DNA of 64,000 bases from Camelus ferus (GCF_009834535.1 NC_045697.1:115756001-115820000); one strand, 5' to 3'. Shown: positions 12,436-26,230, counted from the stretch's first letter. The notes: generated from the letters alone by a model not told the origin. Numbers and translations: made by a program.

Positions 12436-13049
12436 GAGAGATAGAAATTATGAGAAACTGTTGTAAACCTCCCACTGTTCTTTGGGTGCCCATTCCAATC
12501 TTTGTTTACCTGGTTTATCTCCTCTGTACACACACTTTGAAGGCTCCTCCCTTCTTCCCACCACTCCAAGGCCTATCGATCTTTAAGGCTCAGACAACAA
12601 ACCTCCTTCCATTATTCCAAACAAACCAATATTTTCTTCCATGTAAGACAAGCTACAGAATCAAGCTTATTGTCATCACCGAGCACATTTGTTCTCAGTT
12701 TGCTCCAGGTGCCTTAATCTTGTCTCCTCAGCTAGCTTTTCAAGCAGTGTGATGGTGGAAATAATATTTTTCCTTCTCTCTCAAATTTTCAAAGGGCAGT
12801 CGTTGTCCAGAATCAATGGAAATTCCATTTGACCCTTTCACCCTTTCACCTTCCTCATAAAATGCTCTTCTCAGTTTTGCTATATGTCAGAAAACCAGAA
12901 AGAATGGATGTGAAATACTGTGTCCAGATAAGACCCTCAGCAGCACAAGAATCTGTTAATCAGCAACTCCCCAGAGGAGAACACGGTATCTATAGGGGAT
13001 CTACTTTGCTCTGTTTTTGTTACCATTCATCTGAAGGTGGGGGATGACA

Positions 13050-13592
13050 ATGCTTATTTAGTTTGTCTGGGGTATGGCCTGTTCGTTTTGGCAACCAGGA
13101 TTTATCTCTACCACCGTCTAGGTTCTTCCTTGAATGTCAGGGGCTAGAAGCCCAAGAAATATCTTTCCCAGACTTCCTTGTGTCCAGAGCCTCAATGTGA
13201 TCCACATTCAGCCAGCGAGGTAACTTTATGTGAGATCTGGATGCAGAAGAGACATGGACTCCATTGCCTTCGTCTTCCAGAAGCAGTGGTGAATGGACGC
13301 ATGGACTTCAGCAGACATGAGATTTTACAGTGACCTCCAGTGTCACCTCCTTTAAGTTCCCACCAGGATGTGAATGGGTTAAACTATAAGTGTATGAGAG
13401 AGTTTCCAGATGATTCTGGAAGAGAAGACAGCATCAACTTCCTGATTTTTCTGGACCAGATGTGAAAAGTCTTGCCACCTTCACTGATACTTACTACTCT
13501 GGCCTTTCCAGTGCTTTCATAAGGCCTTCATTCACTCTTTCAAATCCCTTTCTGCTTGAAATACCTAAAGTGGCTAATCCTCACTGATTCAT
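13050..13592 (+). mobile_element. Old ERVL-type LTR (LTR33-like)
   Basis: tttcccagacttccttg and aaatccctttctgcttgaaatacctaaagtgg...ctgattca terminal motifs. Confidence 0.6.
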
Positions 13593-14139
13593 AGTCATCC
13601 TACTAACATATAAAATTCTCACCTTGATAAAAATCATATTTACAAGGGAACCATGAAGGATGGATTTATGAATTTCACCAAGCAACTTTGTGAGATCCTT
13701 TAATTTCATAATGTTCTTGTATTATTTCTTTGTATAATCCCCTTCCTTGAATAATTAACAGTGGAATCCCTAAAATGGAGGGAACTTATGTCTTTAGTGG
13801 AGGGGGACTGAAATAAGGACCTAAAAGATTGTCTTCCACACTGAGAGTAGCCTTGGGAGAAACAGGAAATAAGGTGTTGAAAAACTAGTAACATCACCCC
13901 AGGAGATCGAGCAGAGGGGCCTCTGGTACCTAAGCAAGGAAGAAACGGACATCGTGGGCAGCTTGTTGTGCCTAAGAAGGTATCTCAGTGATTAGCAATC
14001 AGCACACATCTAGACATGGAACCAGGCTTCTTATGCAAAGGCATCCAACCGGAGCATGGATATCGCCACATCTCAAAGAGTTCTCCACAAACTTCATTTC
14101 TTCACAAGGACTCTTTCCTAACGACTCTGATTTTTCGCT

Positions 14140-14490
14140 GTTCTCCACTCATTCTCTTACCCAGCAATTTTAAGTTGATGACCTGCCATATGCAAGGTCC
14201 GTCGTAAACCCTGGGGAACACTCTGGTGCGTAGTCCTGACCACATCATTGCCCTCATAAAGCCTGTAGTGCGGCGCAGAAAATAGACATACCACAGGTAA
14301 ACCATGGAAATAATTTCACAATTTAAAAGGAAACAAATGAGATGATAGATTGGTAGTAATGTGGGTGTCAGGGGAGGTTCTTTTAAGTGTGGAGGTCTGG
14401 GAAAGCCTCTCTGAGAAGGTGATATTGGAACTATTATCTGAAAGATAAAGAACCAGGTGTACAAGAATGGAGGAAAGAATGTTCCATTTT
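14140..14490 (-). mobile_element. L2 3' fragment
   Basis: tgccatatgcaagg...ctgggg...tgccctcat...gggaaagcctctctgagaaggtgata. Confidence 0.7.
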
Positions 14491-14694
14491 TCTCCTCTAG
14501 ACAAAGACAGTAAATAGTATCAAGTGAAAGACCCTTGAAAGAACCCAAACTTTATATTTTAAAAAAGGAGGAGTCAGATACTAAGAAGAGTGTTGCAAGA
14601 AGCCAGATAGGTGTGGTTAGCAGGGTCCTTATCATGGAAGGTTGTGCATGAGAGACTTGTGTTCATTCTCTTGCTCATGTGCACATGCATGCCA

Positions 14695-14731
14695 CCACGC
14701 GCACACACACATGCACACACACACACACACA
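14695..14731 (+). repeat. (CA)n microsatellite
   Basis: Read directly. Confidence 0.9.
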
Positions 14732-15557
14732 CCCCACGTCATGTTCCAAAGCCAGCTCTGTGCTTTTATCTCTGCAAAAAGAGCAAGTAAACCCCAAATA
14801 TGAGGTGTTCTAACATGACTTCTGGTGAAAAACTCACCTTTCTGCTATAGGCAGCCAAAAATAGTCTAAGCCAAGAGAAAACTGGAGAAGTGTATGCTGT
14901 TCAACATGAATGCAGCTGAAAATTTCCAACCTGAGCAGTAGAAAAGGAGTAAATTTGTGAATTCCAATATTTAATGCAGGCTTGGCAAGATCTTACCCTT
15001 TTTTATAGGGACACATCAGCAAGGCCTCATTTCTGAATAATCATCTCCGGCGTATCCTTTGTGTATCAGCAGTCTTCGAAAGAAGGACTTTTTATAACAT
15101 CACTGTTATATTTTGTGACAAGAAAAAGAGTCACGCGGCCTAAGTGCATCTGACTAAGTAAGGCATGAGTTCTTATGACAGGCAATGAGAAGTCACAGCG
15201 GTGTTTTAAGGAAAGAACTGACATGATCTGATTCACATTAAAAAAATAAATAAAAAATCACCACAGTGGGTGAAAAACACTAGAAGGATGGAGTCTAGTT
15301 TGAGCATTTTCCAATGGTCTAAGCAAATGACAGTTGAATTGCTGAGTAATTTATGTTTTAAGTAGAAATAACATACTTGATTGTTTGGATGTAAAAAACA
15401 AGAAAAAGGGGTAACCAAGCATGACTACCAGATTTTAGTATTTTCCAAGAGATAGCATGATTACACCATTTGCCAGGATGCAGAAGATTGGGGGAGGGCA
15501 GCGAAGACGGAATAAGAGGTCATTTTTGGGATATGCTCTGTGTAACATGTATATTAG

Positions 15558-15800
15558 CAGTACTGTACTGGCAAATGTTTGACAACATTTGTTAAACTCT
15601 CCAGGAAAAAAAAAAAAACTAAGCAAATATATCTCAAACACAAGTTTATTATAAATTTTACCCCCACCCAAAAATGACAGCACACACGTTCATAAATTTG
15701 TAAATTTTATTTGTAAAATTTTATTTACAAATAAAGAGTATAAAATACCATTTACTGTAAAGACCATACAGTGTCGTATGATTTTTATTTAAAAATAAAT
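15558..15800 (+). mobile_element. hAT-Tip100 (Arthur1-like) 5' terminal fragment
   Basis: cagtactgtactggcaaatgtttgacaac resembles the Arthur1 terminus CAGTGGTGTGCTGGTAAATGTTTAACAAC. Confidence 0.55.
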
Positions 15801-15809
15801 TACTTAGCT

Positions 15810-16420
15810 TTTCCAAGGAAGCCACAGAAAAGGTGAAAAATTTGGTATAAACCAAGTCTGGAATTTTGACAGTTGAGAAAATAGAGGAAGAAAGAGGCAG
15901 AGAAGTTGCGATTGTTGCAGAAAACTGAACTGTGGACTCTCTGATGGATGTGAAGGAAGCAACAGTAAGAGGAGGATAGAAGATAAAAATGGATGCGAGG
16001 TTTTGACTGGATCCAAAGAGTTTTGGAATCGGAAAGTACCAGGATACGTGAAGTGGAAGAATAGGGGTTGCCGTAGTACGCGACCGAGGTCGGTGGAGAA
16101 CAGATCTTTGGAAATGAGCAGAGTTACGACGTGGAAGGCCAGCATGTGGTTGGATCATCCATGTGAATGTGGAATTGACCATGAAGAGTGAGTATGGTGA
16201 GACTAGAGAGAAAGACTGCAGGAGCTGGGAGCTAGATTTTTCAGTGAATGAGGAGGGGTCGGGAGTTTGATGGAAGTTGTGGGCAGTGAGGTTGCAAATT
16301 TCAAAGAAACAGAGATTTTGCCATGAGGAAGGAGGAAAATGAGATGCATGTAACGCTTGACAAGCAGGGTCCCATCTACTCCATCTCCCGGCCCCGGGAG
16401 TCATTGGAGGTGAGAGGCAG
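15810..16420 (-). mobile_element. Degenerate L2 internal (ORF2-derived) fragment
   Basis: Purine-rich plus strand; tggatcatccatgtgaatgtggaattgacc typical of antisense L2; accounts for the 242-aa spurious ORF. Confidence 0.55.
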
Positions 16421-16447
16421 GTAGGTAGGTGAGCAGACAGGTGGTAC

Positions 16448-17512
16448 ACAAATGTGTCCCTTTGGTTGGCAACTTGGTATTGAGGCTACAACAGGTTGAG
16501 TACTTCCAGTGACGGTGATGTCTAACCCTGGTGGGTTACAACCCGTCACTGGATGTGCTGAGAAAATTTATAAACCGCTAAAGATACTTAAAAGCCTACA
16601 GAAAACCTTCTGAACTATAAAACTGAGAAGAATGGTGTTTGGTTTTTCAAAAGCAAAATTCTCCTATAAAAGGATTATTTAAAACTGCTCTGACACAAAG
16701 GATAACAGAAACTGAATTACAAGTGTCATGTGTAGTTTATAAAATCAACCTGAGGCACTGTTATCATAAAAGGTCAGGAACCAATGGAACAAAATACCAA
16801 AGAGGGTGAAATAAGCTTATAACGTGAAAGCATTTGAAAAGGGAAACGTTTATATACACACGCAAGGGCAGAGGACTATTATGAAATGCAAATTGAGTAT
16901 GAAATAAGGGATTAGCCTTCTGGCACTTTCCTCTGAAGGTATACTGTTCATTGCTCAGCTCTGCCTTGTCTCAGCTCAGGCTGGAACGCCAATCTGTGTA
17001 TTTAGGGTCCCCAGCACAGCGGGGTACACACGTATTTGCAAGAACAGATTCTGCCCTGATGAGGTGGACTGAATCTGTACAAAAATTATTAGAAGGGAAA
17101 AAAAAAAAAAAAACCAGTATGTAGCCAACTACTGAAAGGTGCGGGAAGACCACAAGCATAACGAGGTTTCAGAAAAATTAACCACAATTAGCAGTCAGAG
17201 TGAAATTAATTAGATCATCCTTACCCTAAACTTGTTCCTCAGTGGAATCATTTATTTAAGTGACGCGTCCGTAAGAGCTCTTTAACACAAGAAAAAGAAA
17301 TTAAATAAAGCGAACCAGAAAAATACAAATGAAAGCACAGTTTATCACTCTTGTAACAAAAAGGTCGCTTGGAATGAAGAGTTTCTGCCCATGTGTTCTC
17401 AGTACATCCAGTGGTGAGTTGTAACCCACCAGGTGTAGACATCACCACCACTGGAAATCCTCAGCCTGCTGTACCAATAACACAGAGTTGCCTTGTGAAG
17501 AAACACATCTGT
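16448..17512. repeat. Inverted repeat pair, 117-bp arms (16448-16564 and 17396-17512), each containing an internal hairpin
   Basis: Manual ungapped alignment of the reverse-complemented left arm with the right arm gives about 90/117 identities. Confidence 0.9.
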
Positions 17513-17971
17513 CTGTCATTTTATTTTTCCAAAGGAAGGTCCAACTATCAAAACAAAAATATCGTTGATTTTCACCTTTTTAACTCTCATGCCCGTAATT
17601 GAGAAACCCTCCACAATCAGCCACTAACCCACTCAAAAAGGGTTTACTGAGAACCTATTTCCTACCCAGATGAGGATGGAGTGTTCTTGCTGACATTCAT
17701 TCAGCTTAAAATACAGCCTCTGCCTTTAAGGAACTTAACGTCGACCTGGGAAACCATGATTAAAACAGGTGAAATGTACAAGACAGTCGAGAAGCAGGTT
17801 TTTCTCTTTTTTTTCAAATCAGGTGCCCAATAAACTCGTGGAGCAGCAGTTCAGATTTTTAAGAACTAAAAGGCGGCGGGAGGAAGACCTGTCAACCTGC
17901 GGGACCTGAGGAAGTCTTCAAAAAAGAAGTGGAGATGAGGCTGACTTGATGTGAAGAAGCAGGGAGACAAA

Positions 17972-17976
<5 letters not shown>

Positions 17977-18006
<30 letters not shown>
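17977..18006 (+). repeat. (CA)n microsatellite
   Basis: Read directly. Confidence 0.95.
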
Positions 18007-18009
<3 letters not shown>

Positions 18010-18839
18010 CGCAGAAGTGAGCAAGGAAGTGCACAGCTTCTCTGTGAAGATGGTGTCCTGCAGGGAGAGATGACAGGGAACACGTGTGCCTCCCCTAATT
18101 CCACAAGATAAATACGATGTGCATTGTAGACCTTGACTGAATGGCAAGTGATGTGAAGCATAATTTTTTTTTTCACTGAACACAAGGATATTGTGGAGTA
18201 TCATGCAAAATGTGTGGACATTTTTTTAAATAATGTGAAAGTTTGTTCTTTGAAATCATCTCCAAACAAGAAGTAATTGACCAAGAACCATAACGGCAGT
18301 GTGTCAGAAAAGTCTGCAGATTATTTACCAGGAAAGATAGAACTGGGTCTGGCCATGCTCATAGTATATTGTTGAAATGAAAGAAATGCAGTGATAGACA
18401 AGGAAAGGAGGAAAAACCTGAATAAGTAGATCACTGAAGTCAAATATAGGACTTTTACCTCCTGGCCCACTGCTACCTACTCCCTGAATCACATTCGATT
18501 TAACGTGGTAGAAATATGGGAAAATCTGAAGTCCCCAAACAGAAAATATTAACACAAAGGTTAATCTTCCACGAACCTACGGGATGGACGGTAACTGGGA
18601 GTGGAGGTCAGGAACGTTACAACCTAGACGCTCACTGTCATCATCCAAACTTCCCCATGAAGATGTGGCTTGAAATGGGGCGTGTGTGTTAGTGACAACG
18701 ACAACAGAGTCTGAAGGAAACGGGGGTAGGACCCCTATGCGATCCATATGAAGACTAATTATAATGTAGTTTTAAATTCAATAGGCAGCTCTCAGTCTTA
18801 TTAGTGGAAATGGCTCCAGGTCGTAGGAGAAAATGCAGC

Positions 18840-19760
18840 TAATGGAACGTCACCTTTGTACCTTCTGGTCCCGGGAATCCCCAGCAGGAAACGTGTGGAC
18901 CTAAGACACGCGCTATGACCCTCTGCTAGAGCGCATGTGGACCCCTGTGTCCACAGGGGAAGCCGGCGACAGGCACTGCGAGGGGGGTTGGTCCCGGGAA
19001 GGGGATCTCTGCTCACACAGGCCCCAGCTCAGTGGGAGAAGGAAGGAGAGACGGGCGGGCTCACTGGCAGCCCTGGCTGCTGAATGAAACATACTCCCTG
19101 GGGAAGCAGAGAAGTAACCGTGGCCGAAGGGTTAACACACAGAGGCCAGGACCAGGAGACTGTCACACTGCATAATGCTATTAATTTTCAAAGTGGGAGC
19201 TTAATTGGCTGCTGCTTACCACCCGTGGCCGATGTTAGTGCTTCCGTAAAGGAGAGAAAAGGCAGTCCGGGGCCGTGTGATCTTAAAGACTGCGGCCGCC
19301 TCCAGCTGGGCCCCTCGAAAAGGGTGTTGACAATTTTATTAGAAACCTCTCCTGGAGGGATTTCTCAGTTTCATCTGTAATTTGTCACCTCCTCGCACTA
19401 ATGTGACTCATAATTTGCTGAAATCACTTTTGCCATATTTTAAAGACAGAGAAACCCCAAGTGGCTTTTTTCAGAGCGGCTGAGAATCACGCGCTTGCTT
19501 TGTGTCTTGGCATTATGCTGACATAAAAGCCACGGTGGGGAGCCGGGGAGGCAGCCTGAGAGCGACTTCGGCAGCATTTCTTCGATTTACAGGAGTCTGA
19601 GCCTTCCACAGTGTAAAAGAACATTTGGTAAGAGTTTTAAGACTCAGGACAGTGTAATTTCTCCTTTCGCTGGGACACTCACTGATGTCACACTTGTAGT
19701 GTCTCTGGCCGGACAGAGAGGGAATCCTGACCAGCTCCCCTCCAGCCGTCATGAAGCCAA
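18840..19760. promoter_or_regulatory. CpG-enriched unique region, enhancer-like
   Basis: Elevated CpG, no recognisable repeat, TAAT/TAATTG homeobox motifs, AP-1 TGACTCA at ~19404. Confidence 0.4.
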
Positions 19761-22700
19761 GACCATGGTCTGTAACAGCATAGACTAGAGAAGGAGTTAA
19801 GTTTGATCTTACATTAAAAAGTTCACTTTTCACGGAAAATAATGACTCATGTCACACGAAGTTCAGGTTGGCAGGAGCTCTCGGGTAAAACCGCCTTCCA
19901 ACATCATTTACAAGTGATTTGATCATTGAAATAAAGCAACTACCTCGGTGCCTGAACAAGCTATTCTATGCCTTGACGTAGGGTGTGCCCTTTGCCTAAA
20001 AATGAGTGCCCCCTGCCTACTTTCTTATCTCTAACACATCCTCTCTCAAACAGAGAAAAAAGACTAACACGTAGGGTGCATTAGACAAGTGTCAGCTACT
20101 AGTTTATAATTATTATCCTTCATGATTGTTTAAAAGATTAGAAATCATAGATGTCCCACACCTACCATAGTTTCTACCACAAAGGAAATACCCTCCAAAT
20201 GGCCATCATCATTATCATTAACACAAGCATAGAATTACGATGTCTTTATGGGTCTATCTCCCCAGCTAAATTGTCAGCTACCAGAGGGCCGGCATGATAG
20301 CTTCATTTATTCATTCAATGAACGTTTGTTAAACATCTGCAGTGTTCAAGGTGCTGTGATCTGTATCGAGATACAGTGGAGGACAGGCTGGTAGCAACCT
20401 CAGGATTTCCAGACTAAACCACCTGCCAGAGGTATGAGTACCCTTATCACCTCCTAACTCCCTTCATCATCTTTAAAACATATAAATGATTGTCTTACTC
20501 ATAATGATACCAGTTTAATGAATATCAGTTGGTTGCCTTACTAAGGCTTCTGCTTATCCCTAGAAATCACAATTTTATTTTAAAACATTAACATCTTCAT
20601 AAAAATCTTCCCCTATGGTCATTAGCCTTAGTTTATGAGTCCCCAGATTTTTGAACAGATTATATATTATTACTTTATCCATTTTCAACAAGTCACATAC
20701 ATGATTGCTTAAACACAGAAAATACATTTACATTTTCTTTGTATAGCCTACTCGGCTTTGCAGGTTACGAGTGGAACATGTGAAATCATCTGAAGATATT
20801 GTTTCTAAATTGAGAGGTGAGATTTCCTTCGGTTCAGGATCAGAGTCAATTATAAGATGGTAATAAGGTAACACTACAGACTTCCAAATACTACTTAGCG
20901 GGTGAGACGTCTCAGAGACCCTGGGATCAAAAATTCACTGGGCTGTGACTCCAGAAGTTCTCATCAGGGTGAGTGGCCTCCTCTCCGTCACAGCACTCAC
21001 CCCAGAGCTAGTCGAGCAGGCTTCCCACTTCAGGCATACCCAGTTGCTTGTGCATTTGCCTTAAGAAATTTTGCTCACATTCCCCTAACATAGGAGGCCA
21101 AGTGACCATTCCACTTTAATTGCAATCCCAGGAAATAAACAGTGAATTTTTAATATCTTGGTTTTTATCCCCAACATCTATTTCAAAAGCCACTTTTCAA
21201 AACAGGGGACTGGAATGGCTTTCAGAGGAAGGAATTTATGTCTGATTCTGAAGCTGCCGACGTAAGACGCAAGCACAGGAGACACTTCTGTGTATCAGCA
21301 GAGATGCTGTATGGATGAAAAGCTAGGTGGAAAGTCACAATATTATAGTATTTAATTTCTGCCTTTCTTAGCTGATACATTCAATAATACCATCATTGTC
21401 AGTGTAATCATCTTCAATAATAGATTCTATTTCAATGACTTTTAAGAGACAGGGGTACTTTTAGCTTTTAAGTCCTCTTGGAGTCTTCTAAAATTCAGCT
21501 GTATGTTCTGCTCATATTTGTTCCCCATTAAGACAAAACCCATTTTCTCTGATAACATCACATCACTTCCAGATATACTAATGGATCCCACTGTGTGTTA
21601 CAACTTTATGACTATGTGAGTCGTTTCCAAGATCATCTCACTTTCATTAATATAACAGCTCCAACTGTAGTACATCAAATCCTGAGATCCACATTCACAT
21701 CCTAATGACTTTTTCAACCTTTAATGTGTTTTCAAAGAGAAGAGTCACTTTGTGCTGTAATAAAAAAAAAAATATTTTAAACCCTATGGTAGACTTCAAC
21801 CCACTACAGAATGTCCGGTCCACAAAATAGTAAGAATATAGTAATTCCACACCTTGTGTTCACGCAGAACATCTCCCCCAAAAGATCTCAAAGAACAGAA
21901 TAGGAAAGTTAAAACTATAGAGAATAAAGATAAATTTTCAAAGTGATTCAGCACATTTTGCCATGTATTCTGGGTAATAGTAATTGTACTTCAGGGATAC
22001 TTAACATGGTATCAGCTAGCCTGAGGGTTCATGGGTGAGCTTCAAAGAATAGGTAAAACCCCCAATGAATTATAAAAAAGAGAAGTGAGACAAAGGTATA
22101 GGTTTTGCTTAAGAAGGCAAAAGGTTGGCTTAAAATTAGAATTCAGCAATAGACATGCATACTCTTCTCATAAGAAACAGACCCATTGGGATCAAAGACA
22201 GATATTTTTGTGCAATAAGTTGAAAAGTCTGTAATCAATGTTGAACAAGAATGGAGGTAAATTCTTATGTCATGAGGTGGAGAAACTTTTTTAACTGAAA
22301 GAATTGGCATGAGAAGTCCTTTTCTTGTGGGATCTATCCTGGAGAAAGATAGCGAACTTGGGGCAGCGTCCCCTTGGAGCACCAAAACGTTGGAGAGGAG
22401 AATAAATTCAAATGAAACAAATAGATGGGTTTTGTTGACAGAGGAAAGGAAGAAAGTAAGAGGAAGAGAAAGAACTTGGGTGATGAAGAGAGATTAGAAA
22501 AATTGGGGAGTTAAAGTGAAGAAAACGTTACCTTAGAAAAACAGCTGAAAGACACTAAAAATCATGAGCAGAAGCTAGTCTAGGCTTTGTAGGGAGCAGC
22601 TCACACAATTCTGGTGGTTCTCATTAGGAAACAAAAGAACCCCAAATTTCAAGTTAAGAGCAGATCGTCGAAGGAAACACATGCAGGTAAGGGGCCCAGG

Positions 22701-23319
22701 CTGCTCAGCTCCACTCATCTCGTGGAAATCCACGACCAGGCAGACCCACCCTCCCGTTTCAAGTTGTTTTCTCTGCAACATATAAACCCTGTCTCAAAGC
22801 GCACTCAGTCCACCCATCAACTCAAAATTCTCTGAACAAATACTATTTTTGTGGGAAATCAAAAAGGGAGCTGAATTTACCCTGGGTGGAAGAGAGACAG
22901 GACCACGTGCTCCTGAGAGGTAAGTCCTCTAGAAATTCACAGAGATGAGGCTGTGAATCCCTGAGGGCTGTGAAATTAATTTCACTCAGCTCGTGGATGG
23001 AAGGAGGCCCCCAGCTACTATCTCACCTGCAAAAAGTGAACTTAGACCACAGGTCCTCCAACCTAAGGTGCCAAAAGGGGGATGAGTTACCATGCACATC
23101 AGAACTTGCACACAGGCAAGGCGGGGCAGTGAGGTAAGGCTTTAATCAGAGCCCTCATTCTTCTACATGCAGACCACATTTTAAAGTTCATGACTTGCTT
23201 ACAAATGATTTTTGTCTTCCTAGAGTAACCCACAGGCAGCTGTTGAAGGATCACATTAGACAGGACATGCAATGGTTTTGATTTTCAGGAAGGGCCGTTA
23301 ACACGCCAGTTAAGGATGC

Positions 23320-23525
23320 CGGGAAATAGCTACAATCCTTATTAGTTGTGTGATTTTAGACAGGTTGCTTAATGCTCTATGATTCCACTTCCTCATACAT
23401 AAATGAGGATAATATAGAATCTACATCATTTAGCTATTGTGAAGATTAATTGAAAATTCAGTTAAGCATCAGATACTGAGTATGAAAGCTAGTAATTGAT
23501 CGGTAAATGTTAGCCGTTACTATGA
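23320..23525 (+). mobile_element. MIR SINE
   Basis: cttattagttgtgtgatttt...ttcctcatacataaatgaggataata...gtaaatgttagc. Confidence 0.7.
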
Positions 23526-24082
23526 TCCGTATTACAACTCCTTCTATTGCTATTTCAAGCCAAATAGGGTTTCAGGGAATGTGGGAGATGGCCTCAAAGA
23601 GGGAGATGGCCTAACTAGGATCTTCTGTCTCAGAAAGATACATTAAATTAATTTCCTCCCTAGGGAGACAGAAGCAATGGAACAGGGAGAGATGGGAGAC
23701 AACAGAAGACATAAAGTATCTGGAATTCAGCCTGAATATGAATGTTCAGGAATAATTATTATGCTAGTTGAATGATGTGGTACTTATTAACCTATAAAAG
23801 TCAGTATTGGGAAAAGCTTCCAGAAAGGTGCCACCCTTAACCTTGAACTCTGTATTTTTTAAAAGCTTGGATGAAGCTAGGAAAAAAAACAATAGTAATC
23901 TGATTGTATTTTAAAGTAATTCAAAGCCCCTAGAATATGAGTTCCTTGATAGCAGCAAGCAACTCACTCCTTATTGATCACGTTTACCTAGTAAAGATGT
24001 TCAACAAATATTTTGTGAATGAATTAGAATCCAAAACAATTTCAGTCTGGATATAGAAAACAAGCCCCTATAAAAAATAATG

Positions 24083-24774
24083 GATTCCATATATAAATGA
24101 TATCATACAGTATTTGTCTTTCTCTGTCTGACTTATTTCACTTAGCCTAATGCTCTCCAAGTGCATCCATGTTGCTGCAAATGGCAACATTTCAGTCTTT
24201 TTTATGGCTGAGTAGTATTCCACTGTGTATATATATCACATCTACTTTATCTAATCATCTGTTGATTGACACTTAGGTTGCTTCCATGTCTTGGCTATTG
24301 GAAATAATACTGCTGTAAACATTGGGGTGCATGTACCTTTTCGAATTAGTGTTCTTGTTTTTTGGATATATATCCCAGGAGTGGAACTGCTGGGTCATAT
24401 GGTAGTTCTATTTTTAGTTTTTTGAGAAACTTCCATAATTTTTGCACAGTGGCTGCACCAATTTATATTTCCACCAACAACAAACAGCAAACCAGTGAAT
24501 ACAACAAAAGAGAAGCAGACTCACAGTATAAAGAATGAATCAGTGGTTACCAGAGGGGTCGGGGGGGAACATAGGGGTAGGAGATTAAGAGGTACAAACC
24601 ATTAGGTATAAAATAAGCTAAAAGATATTATACAACACAGAGAATATAGCCAATATTTTGTAATATCTATAATTGTAGCATAACCTTTTAAAATTGTGAA
24701 TCACTATATTGTACACCTGCAACTTATATAATATTGAACATCAACTATACTTCAATAAAAAAGTGTAAAAAAAT
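24083..24774 (+). mobile_element. L1 with 5' inversion (antisense 24083-24478, sense 24479-24774)
   Basis: TSD aaaaataatg at 24073-24082 and 24775-24784; the inverted part begins at the complement of ...ggaatc and the sense part resumes immediately downstream of that point. Confidence 0.9.
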
Positions 24775-25639
24775 AAAAATAATGCAGGTAAATATAAGGT
24801 TTTGTTGTTTAATTTTATGGTAATAACTTGGGAGATAAAAAGCAAAAGCTGCAGCAGCAAAAGGTAAGAAAGGAAAACAGGTTTTATTCAACACTAAACA
24901 CCATTTTAGTTCATGTCACGTTGTAGTCATTAGAAAGTTACTCTAATCCTGGGCCCTGTTAATGCCAGGCATTAAAGTAGAGAGAGGGGCCCGGCTGCCT
25001 CGGTCCACATGTGCATTGCTCTCAGCTCTCAGGATCACATTTGAATAGGGAGAGAGGACACGTCAAGGTTACTGTCAATCCAGCAGGAAAGGCTCTGTAA
25101 AACAAATCAGGTGAAAAAGAGCCAGGGAAACTCCAGACTACATCCTGGAGAAGGTATGAAATGGCGTGTTAGTGTCGTACAAATATTTGAAGCGCTGGAC
25201 ATCTGTACCACAGCCCCAGACATACAGGAGCAAGATGGATGGATGTCATCTGTGAGAAAGCAGATGTGGAATCAATAAAAGGAAGAACAAATATGTTAAT
25301 GTAAGGAGTGGTAGTTCAATTCATAATGAGAGATTGTGACTTTGAGAGACTGTGAGTTCTTATCAATGAAGTTTCCAACCCTGACATCATTCATCTACTC
25401 ATCCATTCAACGAGGAATTATTTAGTGCTTTCTCTATGCTCCATATGACTGTTTCTATTTAATTCTCCAGCATCTTCCTTCTGTCACCAAACTCTGGACA
25501 CCTGAAAAGTCTATTCTCTTTCCTGCCCAGAACACTCTTTGCTTTTCTTAATTCCTATTCATTTTTCAGGTCTCAGCTTCAATGTTTTTTCCATAGAGAC
25601 TTTCCCTGATAGCAAAACCTAAATAAAATCTCCCACCTG

Positions 25640-26230
25640 TCCAGCTTTACTGAAATATAATTTACAGGCCATACAATTCTCCCATTATCAATGTGCCAAT
25701 GAGTTTTAGCAACTAGATCTGATTTTACAAACAACTCCCATTTGAAACATTTCCGTTACCCCCAGAGTTCTAGCATGTCCATTTGTAAGCAGTCTCCACT
25801 CCCAGGACCAAGTCCACTGATCCGCTTTCTGACACAGTTTTATCCTATCTAGAAACTTGCTATACTGTATCGAACCATTTCATATGTATTCTTTCACTTA
25901 GGGAGTTTTTGAGGTTCATAAATGTCATTAAATGCATCAACATTTTGTTCTTTTTAATTGCAAATAATATTCCTTTGTAAGGATATACCTCAGTTTGTTT
26001 ATTCATCAATTGGAACATGGACACTGGGTTTGTTTGCAGTTTGGAGCTGTTGGGAGCAAGGCTGCTACCAACATTCACATGGAAGTCTTTTGTGGATAAT
26101 GCCTAGAAATAGAAATGCCAGATGACGTGACAAGCGTATATTTAACATTTTTAAGACATGATAAAACCACTTTCCAAAGGAGCTCTGTTATATTACATCC
26201 CACAAGCAATGTATCAGGGTTCTAGTCTCA
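25640..26230 (-). mobile_element. Old L1M (L1MB/MC-type) 3' fragment
   Basis: cagctttactgaaatataatttaca...tttttaattgcaaataatattcc...tttccaaagg. Confidence 0.8.

Noticed and set aside
15721..16449. Longest ORF (242 aa)
   Set aside because: Overlaps a degenerate L2/hAT relic; S/F/P-biased composition, not a host gene
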